This document shows positions 16,361-25,973 of a stretch of DNA of 42,002 bases, piece by piece. The notes beneath the pieces were generated by a model. That model had not been told where the DNA came from, made no database searches, and saw only the letters and a program-made list of their open reading frames with translations. The DNA comes from a virus (lineage: Duplodnaviria > Heunggongvirae > Uroviricota > Caudoviricetes): the IMG/VR virus record IMGVR_UViG_2563366918_000005, one strand, 5' to 3'. Numbering within the stretch: the stretch's first letter is position 1; the number at the start of each line of letters is the position of its first letter. The translations under genes were made by a program, and so were the position numbers.

Positions 16361-16905
16361 TATAATCCTCCGGGTAATCTGGTTCCTGCTGCTGCCCCGA
16401 TTGGCGCAGGGGTGCTTTGAGTAAACGGACTCCACGTCCCACCAAACATCTGGTACGCACCGTATGCCTTCAGAGGCGCAGTGAGCAATGTTGTTGCTGC
16501 TCCCACATTCCCCTGTTTACGGGCTGAACTGGCTTCTGCTTTATAGTTGGCAGCCTGAACCTGATAACCGTAAGCCTCGCGTTGCGCGTTATTCGCCGTC
16601 GTCAGAGAATCAAGAGCGCCAAACTGGGCAGTGTCGCCAAATATATCCAGCGCGTTACCTGTAGATAAATCAGCGCCGGTAGCCCCCATTGTCGCCGCCT
16701 GTGTACCAAGCCGCTGTCGGGTCTCTCTGCGCCGTTGCTCAGCTTCAGCGTTACCTCTGTTTATTGCATCATTTGCCTGAGCTGTGGCTATATCTGCGTT
16801 CGCTTCTGCAACCTTCGAGGCATACTTTCCCTGTTGGTACTGGGTGTATGCCTGAATGCCACTCATGGCGAGCATTGCGCCACCAGCAATAACCGGATCG
16901 CACAT
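16360..16905 (-). CDS. internal virion protein (T7 gp14-position analogue)
   Basis: 181 aa, Ala/Gly/Gln-rich, N-terminal hydrophobic stretch VIAGGAMLAMSGI. Assigned by gene order. Confidence 0.5.
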   Translation of the reverse strand: MCDPVIAGGAMLAMSGIQAYTQYQQGKYASKVAEANADIATAQANDAINRGNAEAEQRRRETRQRLGTQAATMGATGADLSTGNALDIFGDTAQFGALDSLTTANNAQREAYGYQVQAANYKAEASSARKQGNVGAATTLLTAPLKAYGAYQMFGGTWSPFTQSTPAPIGAAAGTRLPGGL

Positions 16906-17369
16906 TATTTTCTCTCCATGTGAAATCTGTGGAAATTAAGACCAAGAGCACCATAAGGCGCGGCTTCTTCAAGCCTGAATCCAAGCCAGTGCAGCCATGC
17001 TTTGGCAACATGGTTTCGCTCGTCGACATAGTTTTCCAGGCGCGGATAAACTGCCAGCATCTGCTGCAATACAGGGCGGCAGTGGCGAAGAAATGTCTTC
17101 TGATATTTTTCGATACGGCTGGTTCCGACCAGCCATGGCGTACCATTGCCACCGATCATTGACGCCGGAGATACGCCAAACATGGTTACCAGTTCTCCGT
17201 TCGCGAACCCTGACCAGGCCATAGTCGCAGTGCGAAGACCAACACGCAGCGCATCTTCGGTAGTCATCAGCGATACCGCATACAGTTCGTCAATATCAGC
17301 CTGACGAACATCCGGCAAAATCATCTGAAGATGCTCTTTGGTGGCGGGAATAATTCGAACATCGATCAT
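16905..17369 (-). CDS. small virion-associated protein (T7 gp13-position analogue; fold unknown)
   Basis: 154 aa, translationally coupled on both sides. Assignment is by position only. Confidence 0.4.
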   Translation of the reverse strand: MIDVRIIPATKEHLQMILPDVRQADIDELYAVSLMTTEDALRVGLRTATMAWSGFANGELVTMFGVSPASMIGGNGTPWLVGTSRIEKYQKTFLRHCRPVLQQMLAVYPRLENYVDERNHVAKAWLHWLGFRLEEAAPYGALGLNFHRFHMERK

Positions 17370-19840
17370 CAGAATCCCCCAACAGTAAGACGAGGAATAA
17401 CGGCAAGAACAGACAGCGGCAACGGATCGAGCTGACGGATTTTTACACGTCCGTTTTTGCCCCAGTTACTGTCCAGTTTCACTTCTACTTTTCCGGTAGC
17501 GTCATCAACAGGATCATCGTAGAACTCGAATTCACGCTGTGGATATTCGTACCATTTACCGCCGGGCGTAGTCGCCCAGATGCCGCGACTGGCATTCACA
17601 ACAAGAGTAACGGACGGGATCACCTGTTTTTTGTCCAGCAGCGTTTCCTGTCCGTTAATGTTGATATCCAGTGTTTCGAATTCAGCAGTTATTGGCAGGC
17701 CGATGTGCACAACAGCCCCAGGTGATTCCAGCGTGACGGCACCTCCGGAAACCACTTTCTGTGGTTCCACGTTCGCATCAGAGAGAATGTTTACGGTCTG
17801 GCCTTCAAGATGAGACAGGCCTCCAAATGTCCGGCGCGCCATCTGCCAGTTCGTGGTAGCCACATTCCTGAGGGATGGCGGGACGTTCCTGTTAGCACGA
17901 ACCACTACAGCGGTATTGCTGGTTACAGAAATGATGTCGCAACGTAATTCTTTTGACACTTCATCGCCAGTATCAGGATCAGTTCCGGTATAAGGGAACT
18001 GTAGTTGAGCACCGGCATCACTACTGGTGAAGTACGCACCACCAGAAACACTGATTGTATATTCCGCGCGGTAATCCCATTCGCCAGAACCACCAGTGAT
18101 GATCATCGTTCTGTCAGACGTATTTCTTCCATCATAGCTAAGGCCAGAATCAACAAAGAAAGCATCTTCATCGCTGGTAAATAAACGGCTGGACAGTCGC
18201 TCGATGTATCTCACTGTTTGCCCGTTAACGGTTCGGTTAACGACGAAATACACCGCATCTTCATTGCCTTCGCTGATACTGCATGTGCTTTCATATTTTC
18301 CGGTACTGGATTGTGGTGCCCATGCAAAAACCTGCTGATCACGCAAATAGGTCATCACCAGTAATTTACCGTCATCACGAATGCAGAATGCGCTGGAGTA
18401 AGGAACAATCGAGAAGCACCAGTCAACAATGCTGTGCTTCTGAAAAAGATGATTGGCAAGGATGGTCAGGTCGTTCCCCTGATAGCCGTCAACATCGAAT
18501 GAGTAGGCCAGATCACGGACAACACTGCCTTTCTCTTGGACGAACAGAGCAATATTCGCTACGGCAATTGGTGGGACATTACTCGAGCCATTTGATCCCT
18601 GAGAGCTGAATGCAAATGATGATGGGGTTAACACTTTGTTCTGGTCGCCGGTGATGACGTACTCACCTCCGGAAGTCAGCGCCACCAGAGAACCAACATC
18701 AATCAGGTGACGGATCTCATTAACCTGACGCCCGGCATAGGTGTAGATAATTCTGTCGTCATCCTGCGTAGGATTGCTTTTGCCAAAATCCTTATAATCC
18801 CCGGTACGGCTGGCCCAGATAGTCTGAGGGAACGCAGTCGATGCGGCGAAGTAAAGACGTTGTTGATAATAAACAACAGTGCCAGGATAACCATTAACAC
18901 TGTTCCAGGCATATTTAGCCCATTTATAGCTGGCATTATCCTCGCCCACGACCTGCGAAGGGATATAGGAAATCACCTCGGCAGTTGCAGTAGTTCCATT
19001 TGCAGCAGTGATACGGGCAATGCCAAAACCACTGTGCAGATATTCCCACTCAATGCCAGTATCATCATCACCGGATCCGCCCCAGCCATCCCATGATGTG
19101 CCTTCTGTATGCGAAGGGCGCAAAGTACCTGTTTTGCCTGCTGTAACGGCGCGATAGTAGTTACTGTCTGCACGGCGAATATCGCCAATCGACGTACTCT
19201 TACTGGTTTCCCATACCGGCACAGAATCCACTGCAGGCTGTTCCAGATAGAACAATTTGCCTGCCTGCTCCGCGCCAAAAATAGAGGCGCTTGCCGTTAA
19301 CGTAATTGTCCCGGTGCTGGCGCTGGCATAAACCGTCACTGACTCATCAATATTGATATCTTCAAATGGCCCGTTCTTCGTTACCACATCAACCAGTTGC
19401 CAGTTGTCATGCGCATAGCGGCGCAGCTCTTTCGGCGGGTATGCCGGGTGAACCAGCGTAAGCACGTCGGCGCTTTGCGTGAATTTAATTCGGAACAGAT
19501 CGGCTTCAGTATATGGCGTGGCAATTTCATAAATAACATTGCTGCTGTTCAGCACCAACGCACCATCTTTGATAACGCGCATGTACTGGTGTCCGAACTC
19601 CAGAGCATAGGTCTGAACCGTCGAGAACTGGAACGGGATCAGGCGGCATTTCCGATTTGGGTATTTGGCGGCACCGACAAAACGCGTACCAGGTCGATTC
19701 TCAACGCCGCCATACTGCCGCACGATAAAGTTATCGCACTTGCGCAATGCCACCTGGTACTTCGCCATGTCGATACGACCGTACAACGACGGTCCAATCT
19801 CACCACCGGCAAAGCTGGGCTGGATCCAACTGATAGCCAT
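17369..19840 (-). CDS. tail tubular protein B-like (nozzle; T7 gp12 class)
   Basis: 823 aa. N-terminus MAISWIQPSFAGGEIGPSLYGRIDMAKYQVALRKCDNFIVRQYGGVENRPGTRF follows the gp12-type pattern (GGIS..P......Y......N......G...RPG). Directly follows the gp11-like gene. Confidence 0.7.
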   Translation of the reverse strand: MAISWIQPSFAGGEIGPSLYGRIDMAKYQVALRKCDNFIVRQYGGVENRPGTRFVGAAKYPNRKCRLIPFQFSTVQTYALEFGHQYMRVIKDGALVLNSSNVIYEIATPYTEADLFRIKFTQSADVLTLVHPAYPPKELRRYAHDNWQLVDVVTKNGPFEDINIDESVTVYASASTGTITLTASASIFGAEQAGKLFYLEQPAVDSVPVWETSKSTSIGDIRRADSNYYRAVTAGKTGTLRPSHTEGTSWDGWGGSGDDDTGIEWEYLHSGFGIARITAANGTTATAEVISYIPSQVVGEDNASYKWAKYAWNSVNGYPGTVVYYQQRLYFAASTAFPQTIWASRTGDYKDFGKSNPTQDDDRIIYTYAGRQVNEIRHLIDVGSLVALTSGGEYVITGDQNKVLTPSSFAFSSQGSNGSSNVPPIAVANIALFVQEKGSVVRDLAYSFDVDGYQGNDLTILANHLFQKHSIVDWCFSIVPYSSAFCIRDDGKLLVMTYLRDQQVFAWAPQSSTGKYESTCSISEGNEDAVYFVVNRTVNGQTVRYIERLSSRLFTSDEDAFFVDSGLSYDGRNTSDRTMIITGGSGEWDYRAEYTISVSGGAYFTSSDAGAQLQFPYTGTDPDTGDEVSKELRCDIISVTSNTAVVVRANRNVPPSLRNVATTNWQMARRTFGGLSHLEGQTVNILSDANVEPQKVVSGGAVTLESPGAVVHIGLPITAEFETLDININGQETLLDKKQVIPSVTLVVNASRGIWATTPGGKWYEYPQREFEFYDDPVDDATGKVEVKLDSNWGKNGRVKIRQLDPLPLSVLAVIPRLTVGGF

Positions 19841-20445
19841 CAGGACAACCTCGCAATGGTAAACTCGTCAACCGGTGGCTGTGGTTCCTGTGATTCATTC
19901 TGGCTATGCGAGCCAGCACTAAGAATCACGCGATTGTACATATTGAGGGCAAACGTACCGAGGTCTGCATTCCCAGTCAGCGCCATGTTAATAGCTGCCG
20001 CAAGACGCCAGGCCAACGCCTCCATAAAAATGGCATCAAACATGTTCACATCTGAAACGCGAGAGACATACTTGAGCCATGCCTGAGGCTGGTCTGTGTA
20101 GATCAACTTTCCTGTTCCGTTGGTGTCTGCACCAACTTCGTACTGAACGCGCATTGATGCTGTTGGATTGCGTACACCAGGAAGCATAATTTCAGTAATG
20201 CGCAGACAATCTGACGGGTACTGGTACGCATATTCCCAGTCAGGCGGTGGATTGCTCGTATCTGCAAGCGCCACGCGTTTGGTAGCAAAGTTCCAGTCAA
20301 AATCAGAAAGCACAGCATCACGGCAGGCCTCAAAGTGCAGCGAACATTCCCCCGCTTCCTTGCTGGCTTCCGTCAGGCTGTTAATGCTGCGGCTGTTGCC
20401 AATATTGGACAGCGCACGATTGCAGATCTCTACTACAGAGGCCAT
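19840..20445 (-). CDS. tail tubular protein A-like (adaptor/gatekeeper; T7 gp11 class)
   Basis: 201 aa from MASVVEICNRALSNIGNSRSINSL (SD GGAGGTGA). The pattern N.AL..IG .... W.F is typical of gp11-like proteins. Confidence 0.65.
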   Translation of the reverse strand: MASVVEICNRALSNIGNSRSINSLTEASKEAGECSLHFEACRDAVLSDFDWNFATKRVALADTSNPPPDWEYAYQYPSDCLRITEIMLPGVRNPTASMRVQYEVGADTNGTGKLIYTDQPQAWLKYVSRVSDVNMFDAIFMEALAWRLAAAINMALTGNADLGTFALNMYNRVILSAGSHSQNESQEPQPPVDEFTIARLS

Positions 20446-20768
20446 CACTCACCTCCGTTACCGTACAGAGTTTCAGCCGCTGATTTTTCTACATCCCCGG
20501 AAACAGGAGCGATCGCCATATCAGTGATCTGCAGATCGGCGCTGCGATTAACGCCATCGTCAGTTTCTCTGGCAGACAGGCCTCGAATAACAGCCTTTGC
20601 AGTTATCATCACTTCTGTTCCGACGCCCTGAGGTTGCGCCTTCAGCTTATTCAATGTGTCGTTATTCAGCGTGATGCACAGCCCCCACGGGTATTCATCG
20701 CGAGTTCTGGTTTCTCCGCTCTCATCCTGGTAGCTGTCAGTGCCGGTTTTGAGGTTTACGAGTTCCAT
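20445..20768 (-). CDS. head-tail joining region hypothetical protein
   Basis: 107 aa from MELVNLKTG (AGGAG 5 nt upstream; the GTG at 20774 is less likely). Confidence 0.55.
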   Translation of the reverse strand: MELVNLKTGTDSYQDESGETRTRDEYPWGLCITLNNDTLNKLKAQPQGVGTEVMITAKAVIRGLSARETDDGVNRSADLQITDMAIAPVSGDVEKSAAETLYGNGGE

Positions 20769-20784
20769 ATACACTCCTGCAATA

Positions 20785-20802
20785 AAGGGGCCGAAGCCCC
20801 TT
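20785..20802 (-). terminator. intra-operon hairpin / partial terminator after the capsid module
   Basis: On the - strand: AAGGGGC-ttcg-GCCCCTT followed by TATT. Confidence 0.5.
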
Positions 20803-20818
20803 GTCTCATCCGCGAGGC

Positions 20819-21154
20819 TTACACGCCCAGTTCTTTACGCTTATCTGCGATCTTCTCGCGGAGCGTTTCTGCTTTGGCGTTATGGTGTGGCTTCTCGTTA
20901 AAGAGCAATTCGTACTCTTCACGGAGCTTATCCAGTTCACCATCATCTGACACATCGTTGATGATTTTGGTGCTGGTTGCTGCCATAGACACCTTTCCTG
21001 CTACCTTTGCTTTTGCCTGTCTGGCTGCATCGTTAACAGGTTCCAGTGCGCTACCAGGCTCACCTTCGTATTCGATTTCTGCCCCCTCCTGCCACAGTGT
21101 GTTATGGATATGAGAGAGGCGCAGAACGCGGTATCTTGGTTTCTCACCTGACAT
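20819..21154 (-). CDS. hypothetical structural-module protein
   Basis: 111 aa from MSGEKPRYRV (AAGGTGA 5 nt upstream). Acidic, helical C-terminal half. Confidence 0.55.
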   Translation of the reverse strand: MSGEKPRYRVLRLSHIHNTLWQEGAEIEYEGEPGSALEPVNDAARQAKAKVAGKVSMAATSTKIINDVSDDGELDKLREEYELLFNEKPHHNAKAETLREKIADKRKELGV

Positions 21155-21164
21155 CGATATCACC

Positions 21165-21602
21165 TTAACCAGTTACTTTTGAGCGGATCGGGTACGGTGT
21201 ATTGGCATCAACATCCAGACTGATACCCGCAGTGAATTTGCCGGCCGTTAGTGGGCCAGTTGCGACGGAGTAGTTAACACGCAGATATCGCTGAACACCG
21301 GCAGGCACCTTTGCAGAAACAACTCGTTTACCTGCTTTCAGGGTAGCCTTTGCCAGTTCGCCACTATCATAAATAGTGGACCATGAGCTGTTATTCTCAC
21401 TCGTCTGCAACTGGATGTTTACAGTTGCCTCACCACTTGCCGTGGCGGCTTCGTTAACCAGCGCCCAAAACTCAAGCGGGTAACCCACGCCGATATCGCG
21501 ACGATTTCCATCAATTGGACCGAGATCGATTACGTCAGTAGAAGCCGCGGTATTCGTAACCGCCTGAGCTTCGGAGAACATCAACAGTTTGTCGGTGATC
21601 AT
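21165..21602 (-). CDS. probable capsid decoration / cement protein
   Basis: 145 aa, beta-rich, immediately downstream of the major capsid gene. GGAG 7 nt upstream. Resembles the cement/staple protein position of epsilon15/BPP-1-type phages (recollection). Confidence 0.5.
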   Translation of the reverse strand: MITDKLLMFSEAQAVTNTAASTDVIDLGPIDGNRRDIGVGYPLEFWALVNEAATASGEATVNIQLQTSENNSSWSTIYDSGELAKATLKAGKRVVSAKVPAGVQRYLRVNYSVATGPLTAGKFTAGISLDVDANTPYPIRSKVTG

Positions 21603-21653
21603 CTTCTTTCTCCATTAGTGGGTCTGTTACGACCAACAGGTTAATAACAGGCG

Positions 21654-22640
21654 TTACACCACGCGGGCTTCTGTTTCCAGAAGCGCATCAGTTTCACGGA
21701 TTGGTACACCACGGAATGAAGTCCACCACTCGCCTTCAGTCTCTTTTACGCTGATAGCCAGAGATGTTTTCTCCAGAGACTGCAGATCAAGAGCCTGGCC
21801 TACAGTGCGGTTCATGTAGAACACCGGGCGGCCCATGCCACGGTTTGGAATGCGATGCAGTGCTTTAACCATCAACTTCGCAATATTTGCGGCAGAGGAA
21901 GGTTCTGAAAGATTGCTGACATCGATGTTTGCAATGCGAACAACATAACGCCAGTCACGCAGAGCAAGTCCGTTGTCCCATTTGTAATGGGTACGGTAGC
22001 CTTCGTACTTGCCGCCATTAACATCTTTCAGTGTCACCTGGCCTTTATCTTCCATCTGGATGCCAGCCTTCTGCCCTTTCGGGAAGATGCCATGCACGGT
22101 GTTTTCGCCCCACACCACTAACCAGATTGAGGTGTTATCTGTACCCGTGCCACCAGCATCAATGATGTTCTGAGCATTACCCGCAGACAGGCTGGAATAG
22201 CGGGAGGACAGTCCCATAAACTGCTGAGGGTTAACGCTGGAATCACCATAAAACAACGTCTGCGCCATCTGCTGATTCATCGCTTCAATAAATGCGCGGT
22301 CTTCAGACAGGCGGAATTCGGCGGTATTACCGTTCAGATCAGCCAGTGACTTATCGACTTCAGCATAGGTTTCCAGCATTCCAACGGAATCGGTGACCTG
22401 CACTGTGGTTGATTTGCTTGGCTGTACGCCATAGTTCAGCAAACGCCAGGTGGCCGAAGGTAAACCAGAACGAATGGTGGTTCGGTGTCCGGTAGGAAGG
22501 TTCCCTTCGACAAAAGGCATATCCTGAAGGATCGGGTTAGTTTGACCGAGAAGCTCGATAATCTTATCGACTTTCCCGTTTGGATCGACGCGCTTACCCC
22601 AGTCAGCCAGCGTTAGCGCAGTTAAGCCTTTAACAGACAT
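21654..22640 (-). CDS. major capsid protein (HK97 fold class)
   Basis: 328 aa from MSVKGLTALTLADWGKR. The second ATG has proper SD spacing to GAGAGGAA; the first ATG at 22646 abuts the SD. Size, position after the scaffold gene and composition are typical. Confidence 0.8.
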   Translation of the reverse strand: MSVKGLTALTLADWGKRVDPNGKVDKIIELLGQTNPILQDMPFVEGNLPTGHRTTIRSGLPSATWRLLNYGVQPSKSTTVQVTDSVGMLETYAEVDKSLADLNGNTAEFRLSEDRAFIEAMNQQMAQTLFYGDSSVNPQQFMGLSSRYSSLSAGNAQNIIDAGGTGTDNTSIWLVVWGENTVHGIFPKGQKAGIQMEDKGQVTLKDVNGGKYEGYRTHYKWDNGLALRDWRYVVRIANIDVSNLSEPSSAANIAKLMVKALHRIPNRGMGRPVFYMNRTVGQALDLQSLEKTSLAISVKETEGEWWTSFRGVPIRETDALLETEARVV

Positions 22641-22654
22641 TGTCATTTCCTCTC

Positions 22655-23350
22655 TTATTTGCCATAGAGCACTTCGGCCGCACTACGCTGGCCTTCATTA
22701 CCACCGGTGACCATGCCATCTTCAGACATCGCCTTTCCGATTTTCACGAACGTTTTGACCAGATCAGGGTGATTACCCAGCCCGGTGGTGTTCAGATATT
22801 CTTTGAGCTCAGGTGTCCCGAACTGGTCAAGCGCACGCTGTGCGGCGCTAAGGTTAGAAATCAACTTGTCGCCACCGATTTCTTTGTCAGCTTTTACATC
22901 CGCAGCCCACTGCTCGGTTGTTTTCTGCCAGGCTTCTGCCTGGCGCTGCTGAACACCTGCCAGAATCTTCGGATAAGCATCAACCAGCTTTTGCGCTTGC
23001 TCGTTGGTCAGGTTAAGTTCTCGCGCCACAGGCTCGAATTCCTTCAACGCTTCTGTATCCAGCTCTACGCCTTCGGCAGCCTGAAACTCGTACTTCTCAG
23101 GCGCACCCTCTGGTTTATTGCCGTCCTTTTTTTCATCCTGCTTATCGTTTTCAGGCTTTTTGTCATCAGCAGGTTTATCGCCATCAGCAACAGGTTGTGG
23201 CTTATCACCTTCCTGTTGTGATGGATCACCAACTGGAGCAGGGTTATCACCTGCAGGCGCTGACGGTTCTGACGCAGCCGGAGCTGCTCCACCATCGACT
23301 GGTTGCTCATTGCAAAGACGGCGATACAGCAAACGCTCAAATAAATTCAT
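22655..23350 (-). CDS. scaffolding protein
   Basis: 231 aa from MNLFERLL (AGGAG 5 nt upstream). Acidic Pro/Asp/Lys-rich low-complexity N-half, helical C-half. Lies between portal and capsid genes. Confidence 0.7.
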   Translation of the reverse strand: MNLFERLLYRRLCNEQPVDGGAAPAASEPSAPAGDNPAPVGDPSQQEGDKPQPVADGDKPADDKKPENDKQDEKKDGNKPEGAPEKYEFQAAEGVELDTEALKEFEPVARELNLTNEQAQKLVDAYPKILAGVQQRQAEAWQKTTEQWAADVKADKEIGGDKLISNLSAAQRALDQFGTPELKEYLNTTGLGNHPDLVKTFVKIGKAMSEDGMVTGGNEGQRSAAEVLYGK

Positions 23351-23352
23351 GA

Positions 23353-23649
23353 TCACTCCTGTTCACTGGCCTCTTTGGCCATCTTCAAATACTGTTCAGG
23401 GCAATGCGCCATAACGCGCTGAAACAGTTCCAGCGCCAGATTGCGTTGCCCCTCATTAAACGCCATTGCCATAGCGTCCATCGGTGAGATAGCGGAAAAC
23501 ACACGGCCTTTCTCCAGCACCGACCAGACAACGCGACGCCCCTGTTCACTGCTCATGACAAAGCGAATGTCATCAATTTCACGCTGCGCCATGTCACGTT
23601 GCTTACGGGCGTTTTCTTCTTTCAGTTGATCGTCTTCGTAATCTGTCAT
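23353..23649 (-). CDS. hypothetical protein between portal and scaffold
   Basis: 98 aa. ATGA coupling to the portal stop. Confidence 0.55.
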   Translation of the reverse strand: MTDYEDDQLKEENARKQRDMAQREIDDIRFVMSSEQGRRVVWSVLEKGRVFSAISPMDAMAMAFNEGQRNLALELFQRVMAHCPEQYLKMAKEASEQE

Positions 23650-25325
23650 TGTGATTGCCCACCCTGACCACTAACTGCATTCGCCATAGCTGACAACACA
23701 CTCGGATCCGAAGTTTTAGCTTCGCTTAGCGTCTTGGCACCCTGTGCCGCAGCCATCCCCATCGCCATCATTTGTTGCTGCTGTTGCTGCTGTGCCCGTT
23801 GCTGGCGAGCCTGCTCAACCTGTTCCTGCGGAACAATGACGGTTGGAGACACTCCAGACATATCAGCGAATGCATCGATTGCCTGATCAACGTTGAGTTT
23901 GTCGAGAGCTTCTGGTTTCGCTTGCGCAAGTTGACCAATGAAGTTGACCGTAGACGCCAGACTGGACAGGCCGATAGACTTCTGCGCCTGAGCCATGACG
24001 GAAATGTATTCGACCTTCAGGGGCATACCTTCCATCGCGTCAGGCGGGGGCGGCAGCATGTTTTTACGCACCATCATCGAGAAAGAGCGGTCAATGAGAG
24101 GATTAAGACATTCGTCGTTCAGACGCTCCAGAACCGGCCCCAACATCAGAAGTTTTTCTTCTTTCATTTCGATCACCGCTTCAACAGGCATCGAGCGGGT
24201 ATTGATGTTCTGCAACATCATGAACAGATCGACAAAGTAGGCGCTGTTAATGATTTGACGAGTGTCCTGAATGTCTGCCACCAAATCTGCTGTACTGGGG
24301 TTAACCAGATAAGCAGGCCTGAAGCCATCCTGACCAGTAATCTGATCGATATACGTGATGTCGCCAGGAAGAAGGGAGGCGCGCTGATTCTTGAGGGAAG
24401 TCGGAGCAACCATCGGCGGATTGGTGGCTTTATCAATCAACTGCGACTTGCGCTTCTGGAGAAGCTGCAATGCCTTAACAGATCCAAGCGCCAGCATACC
24501 CGGGCATGATGATCCATAAACATCTTCGCCGTTAACTTCCCAGCGCGGAGCCATAATTGGAAACTCATCGAATCCGGACTCACGCAACAACTTGTCGTTA
24601 TCGCCACCAACCTCGTAATAAACCGATTTGAATGGCTTGTTCTTGCTATCCAGCTTCGATGTATCGCGGTCAATGTTCGGGTAAACCGAATGCATCACTT
24701 CAATCCACTTCTCGTAGGTGCCGCTTTCCCACATGCTTTTTACGGATTCGCTGACGTTATTTAGCCCGAACTCCTGAACAAGCTGACGAACAGTCATAGA
24801 GAACTTGCGAAAACAGGTGTCCACACTGCCACGAGGTGAGTTAGCCAGGTAGTAACTGCCTATCGGGAATGGCATTGTGCGAATGATGTCCTCGTCATCC
24901 TCCAGCACTGCCATTGCACCAGTGCTGTATGTGCCGAGGCTTCCGTATAACTGCGGCAGCGACTGATAGAGATTCGACTTATTGAACATATCGTTCATGC
25001 GGTTCTGCACCGCCTCAAGCCACAACTTAACAGGGCCATAATCCATCATTTCAGGATCTGGCGTAGCCAGGCGAAACCACGGACGCGCGGGGCTTGTGAT
25101 GCCTGACATCATGCCGCTGGCGAGAGTGCGCGCCGCCATAGTCCCGGTCGAATCAATAATGCGTGTATTGCGTCGATCGTTACGGTTGACCTCAGAAGTC
25201 AGAAAGCGGGAACCACGTGGGTTGATGTAATCACTCAACTCGCGCCAGTGCGGCTCGAACGACTGACGCTCGCTTTCAAGTTGTGCGAACTGTTTGTTCA
25301 ATCGCTCTTTAGTTGTTTCCGCCAT
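23646..25325 (-). CDS. portal protein (podovirus head-to-tail connector type)
   Basis: 559 aa. Position and size fit. Gln-rich C-terminus (QQRAQQQQQQQMMAMGMAAAQG) is typical of T7-like connectors. Confidence 0.8.
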   Translation of the reverse strand: MAETTKERLNKQFAQLESERQSFEPHWRELSDYINPRGSRFLTSEVNRNDRRNTRIIDSTGTMAARTLASGMMSGITSPARPWFRLATPDPEMMDYGPVKLWLEAVQNRMNDMFNKSNLYQSLPQLYGSLGTYSTGAMAVLEDDEDIIRTMPFPIGSYYLANSPRGSVDTCFRKFSMTVRQLVQEFGLNNVSESVKSMWESGTYEKWIEVMHSVYPNIDRDTSKLDSKNKPFKSVYYEVGGDNDKLLRESGFDEFPIMAPRWEVNGEDVYGSSCPGMLALGSVKALQLLQKRKSQLIDKATNPPMVAPTSLKNQRASLLPGDITYIDQITGQDGFRPAYLVNPSTADLVADIQDTRQIINSAYFVDLFMMLQNINTRSMPVEAVIEMKEEKLLMLGPVLERLNDECLNPLIDRSFSMMVRKNMLPPPPDAMEGMPLKVEYISVMAQAQKSIGLSSLASTVNFIGQLAQAKPEALDKLNVDQAIDAFADMSGVSPTVIVPQEQVEQARQQRAQQQQQQQMMAMGMAAAQGAKTLSEAKTSDPSVLSAMANAVSGQGGQSQ

Positions 25326-25339
25326 TTCAATGACTCCGG

Positions 25340-25546
25340 TTACTGACCAAGCAGCGTTTTACCGCTGGTATTAGCGGTTGATGTGTCGCCCTGAGAACCG
25401 GTAAGCAGCGTAGAACTACGACCAGCAGCAGCGCGACGGCGACGAGTTTCTTCGTCGCGGGCATCAACAACGGCGGCATCCTGCTCCTGTGGTGCTGCCT
25501 GAACTTCTGGTGTTGCAGGCACTGATGGTGAGCTACCCATGCACAT
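25340..25546 (-). CDS. small hypothetical protein upstream of portal
   Basis: 68 aa. SD GGAG with the same 12-nt initiation region (CGGAGTCATTGA) as the portal gene. Confidence 0.45.
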   Translation of the reverse strand: MCMGSSPSVPATPEVQAAPQEQDAAVVDARDEETRRRRAAAGRSSTLLTGSQGDTSTANTSGKTLLGQ

Positions 25547-25614
25547 ATCAATGACTCCGTACGCAATTAAATTATTACCAATTTAACCACATATGATTTA
25601 TTTATCGTAGATAG

Positions 25615-25652
25615 TTGACATTTAACGCACAAATTATTACCTTTCAGGTAAG
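25615..25652 (+). promoter_or_regulatory. candidate sigma70 promoter TTGACA-17-TACCTT overlapped by operator ATTACCTTTCAGGTAAG (25636-25652)
   Basis: Perfect -35 at 25615-25620. The -10 keeps only T1, A2 and T6. The operator covers -10/+1. Points towards the tRNA and the IS1-split gene. Confidence 0.55.
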
Positions 25653-25973
25653 CAAAGAGTTCATTCCGGTTATTAACCTGACTGGCTTGTCGTTAAATTG
25701 AACAGGTGGAGTGAGCTTTTATTTTGAGCAGTACGGCGTATGGCACATGCGCCGATAGCGGTCTGGATACGTTTAAGGGGCACCCTCCCTTGCTCGGGCA
25801 AACGAACCAGGTAGCCGGAATGTGCAAGTCGAGCGGTTTTATTCCGCGCACGGGGATTCACCATCCCGGCGATTCGGTGTGACGCCTCGGAAGAGACGAG
25901 GGTACAACGATGAGAGCATTTATGGAGCCGCGACAAAGTGTGGCGCCTTAACAGGCTAAGTGCTCTCAGCGTT

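Noticed and set aside
16361-16435. The longer 862-aa start (16435) for the NNPGN-motif protein. Similar upstream starts for the capsid (22646), scaffold (23356), 109-aa (20774), 114-aa (21163) and terS (30011) genes.
   Set aside because: In each case an internal ATG has a properly spaced SD and gives stop/start coupling with the upstream gene. The longest-ORF start sits on or inside the SD, or overlaps the preceding gene or regulatory elements.
25327-25559. A 12-nt repeat TCAATGACTCCG (25327-25338 and 25548-25559) just upstream of the portal and 68-aa gene start codons.
   Set aside because: It corresponds to a reused translation-initiation region (CGGAGTCATTGA-N-ATG). That is probably local duplication or convergence of an RBS rather than a separate element. 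It may still mark the edge of the cargo insertion.
25853-25868. Hairpin GGGA-ttcacca-TCCC resembling a tRNA T-arm, possibly a second or degenerate tRNA upstream of tRNA-Arg.
   Set aside because: The loop lacks the conserved A58 position pattern (TTCACCA versus TTCRANY). No matching acceptor stem is present 60-70 nt upstream.
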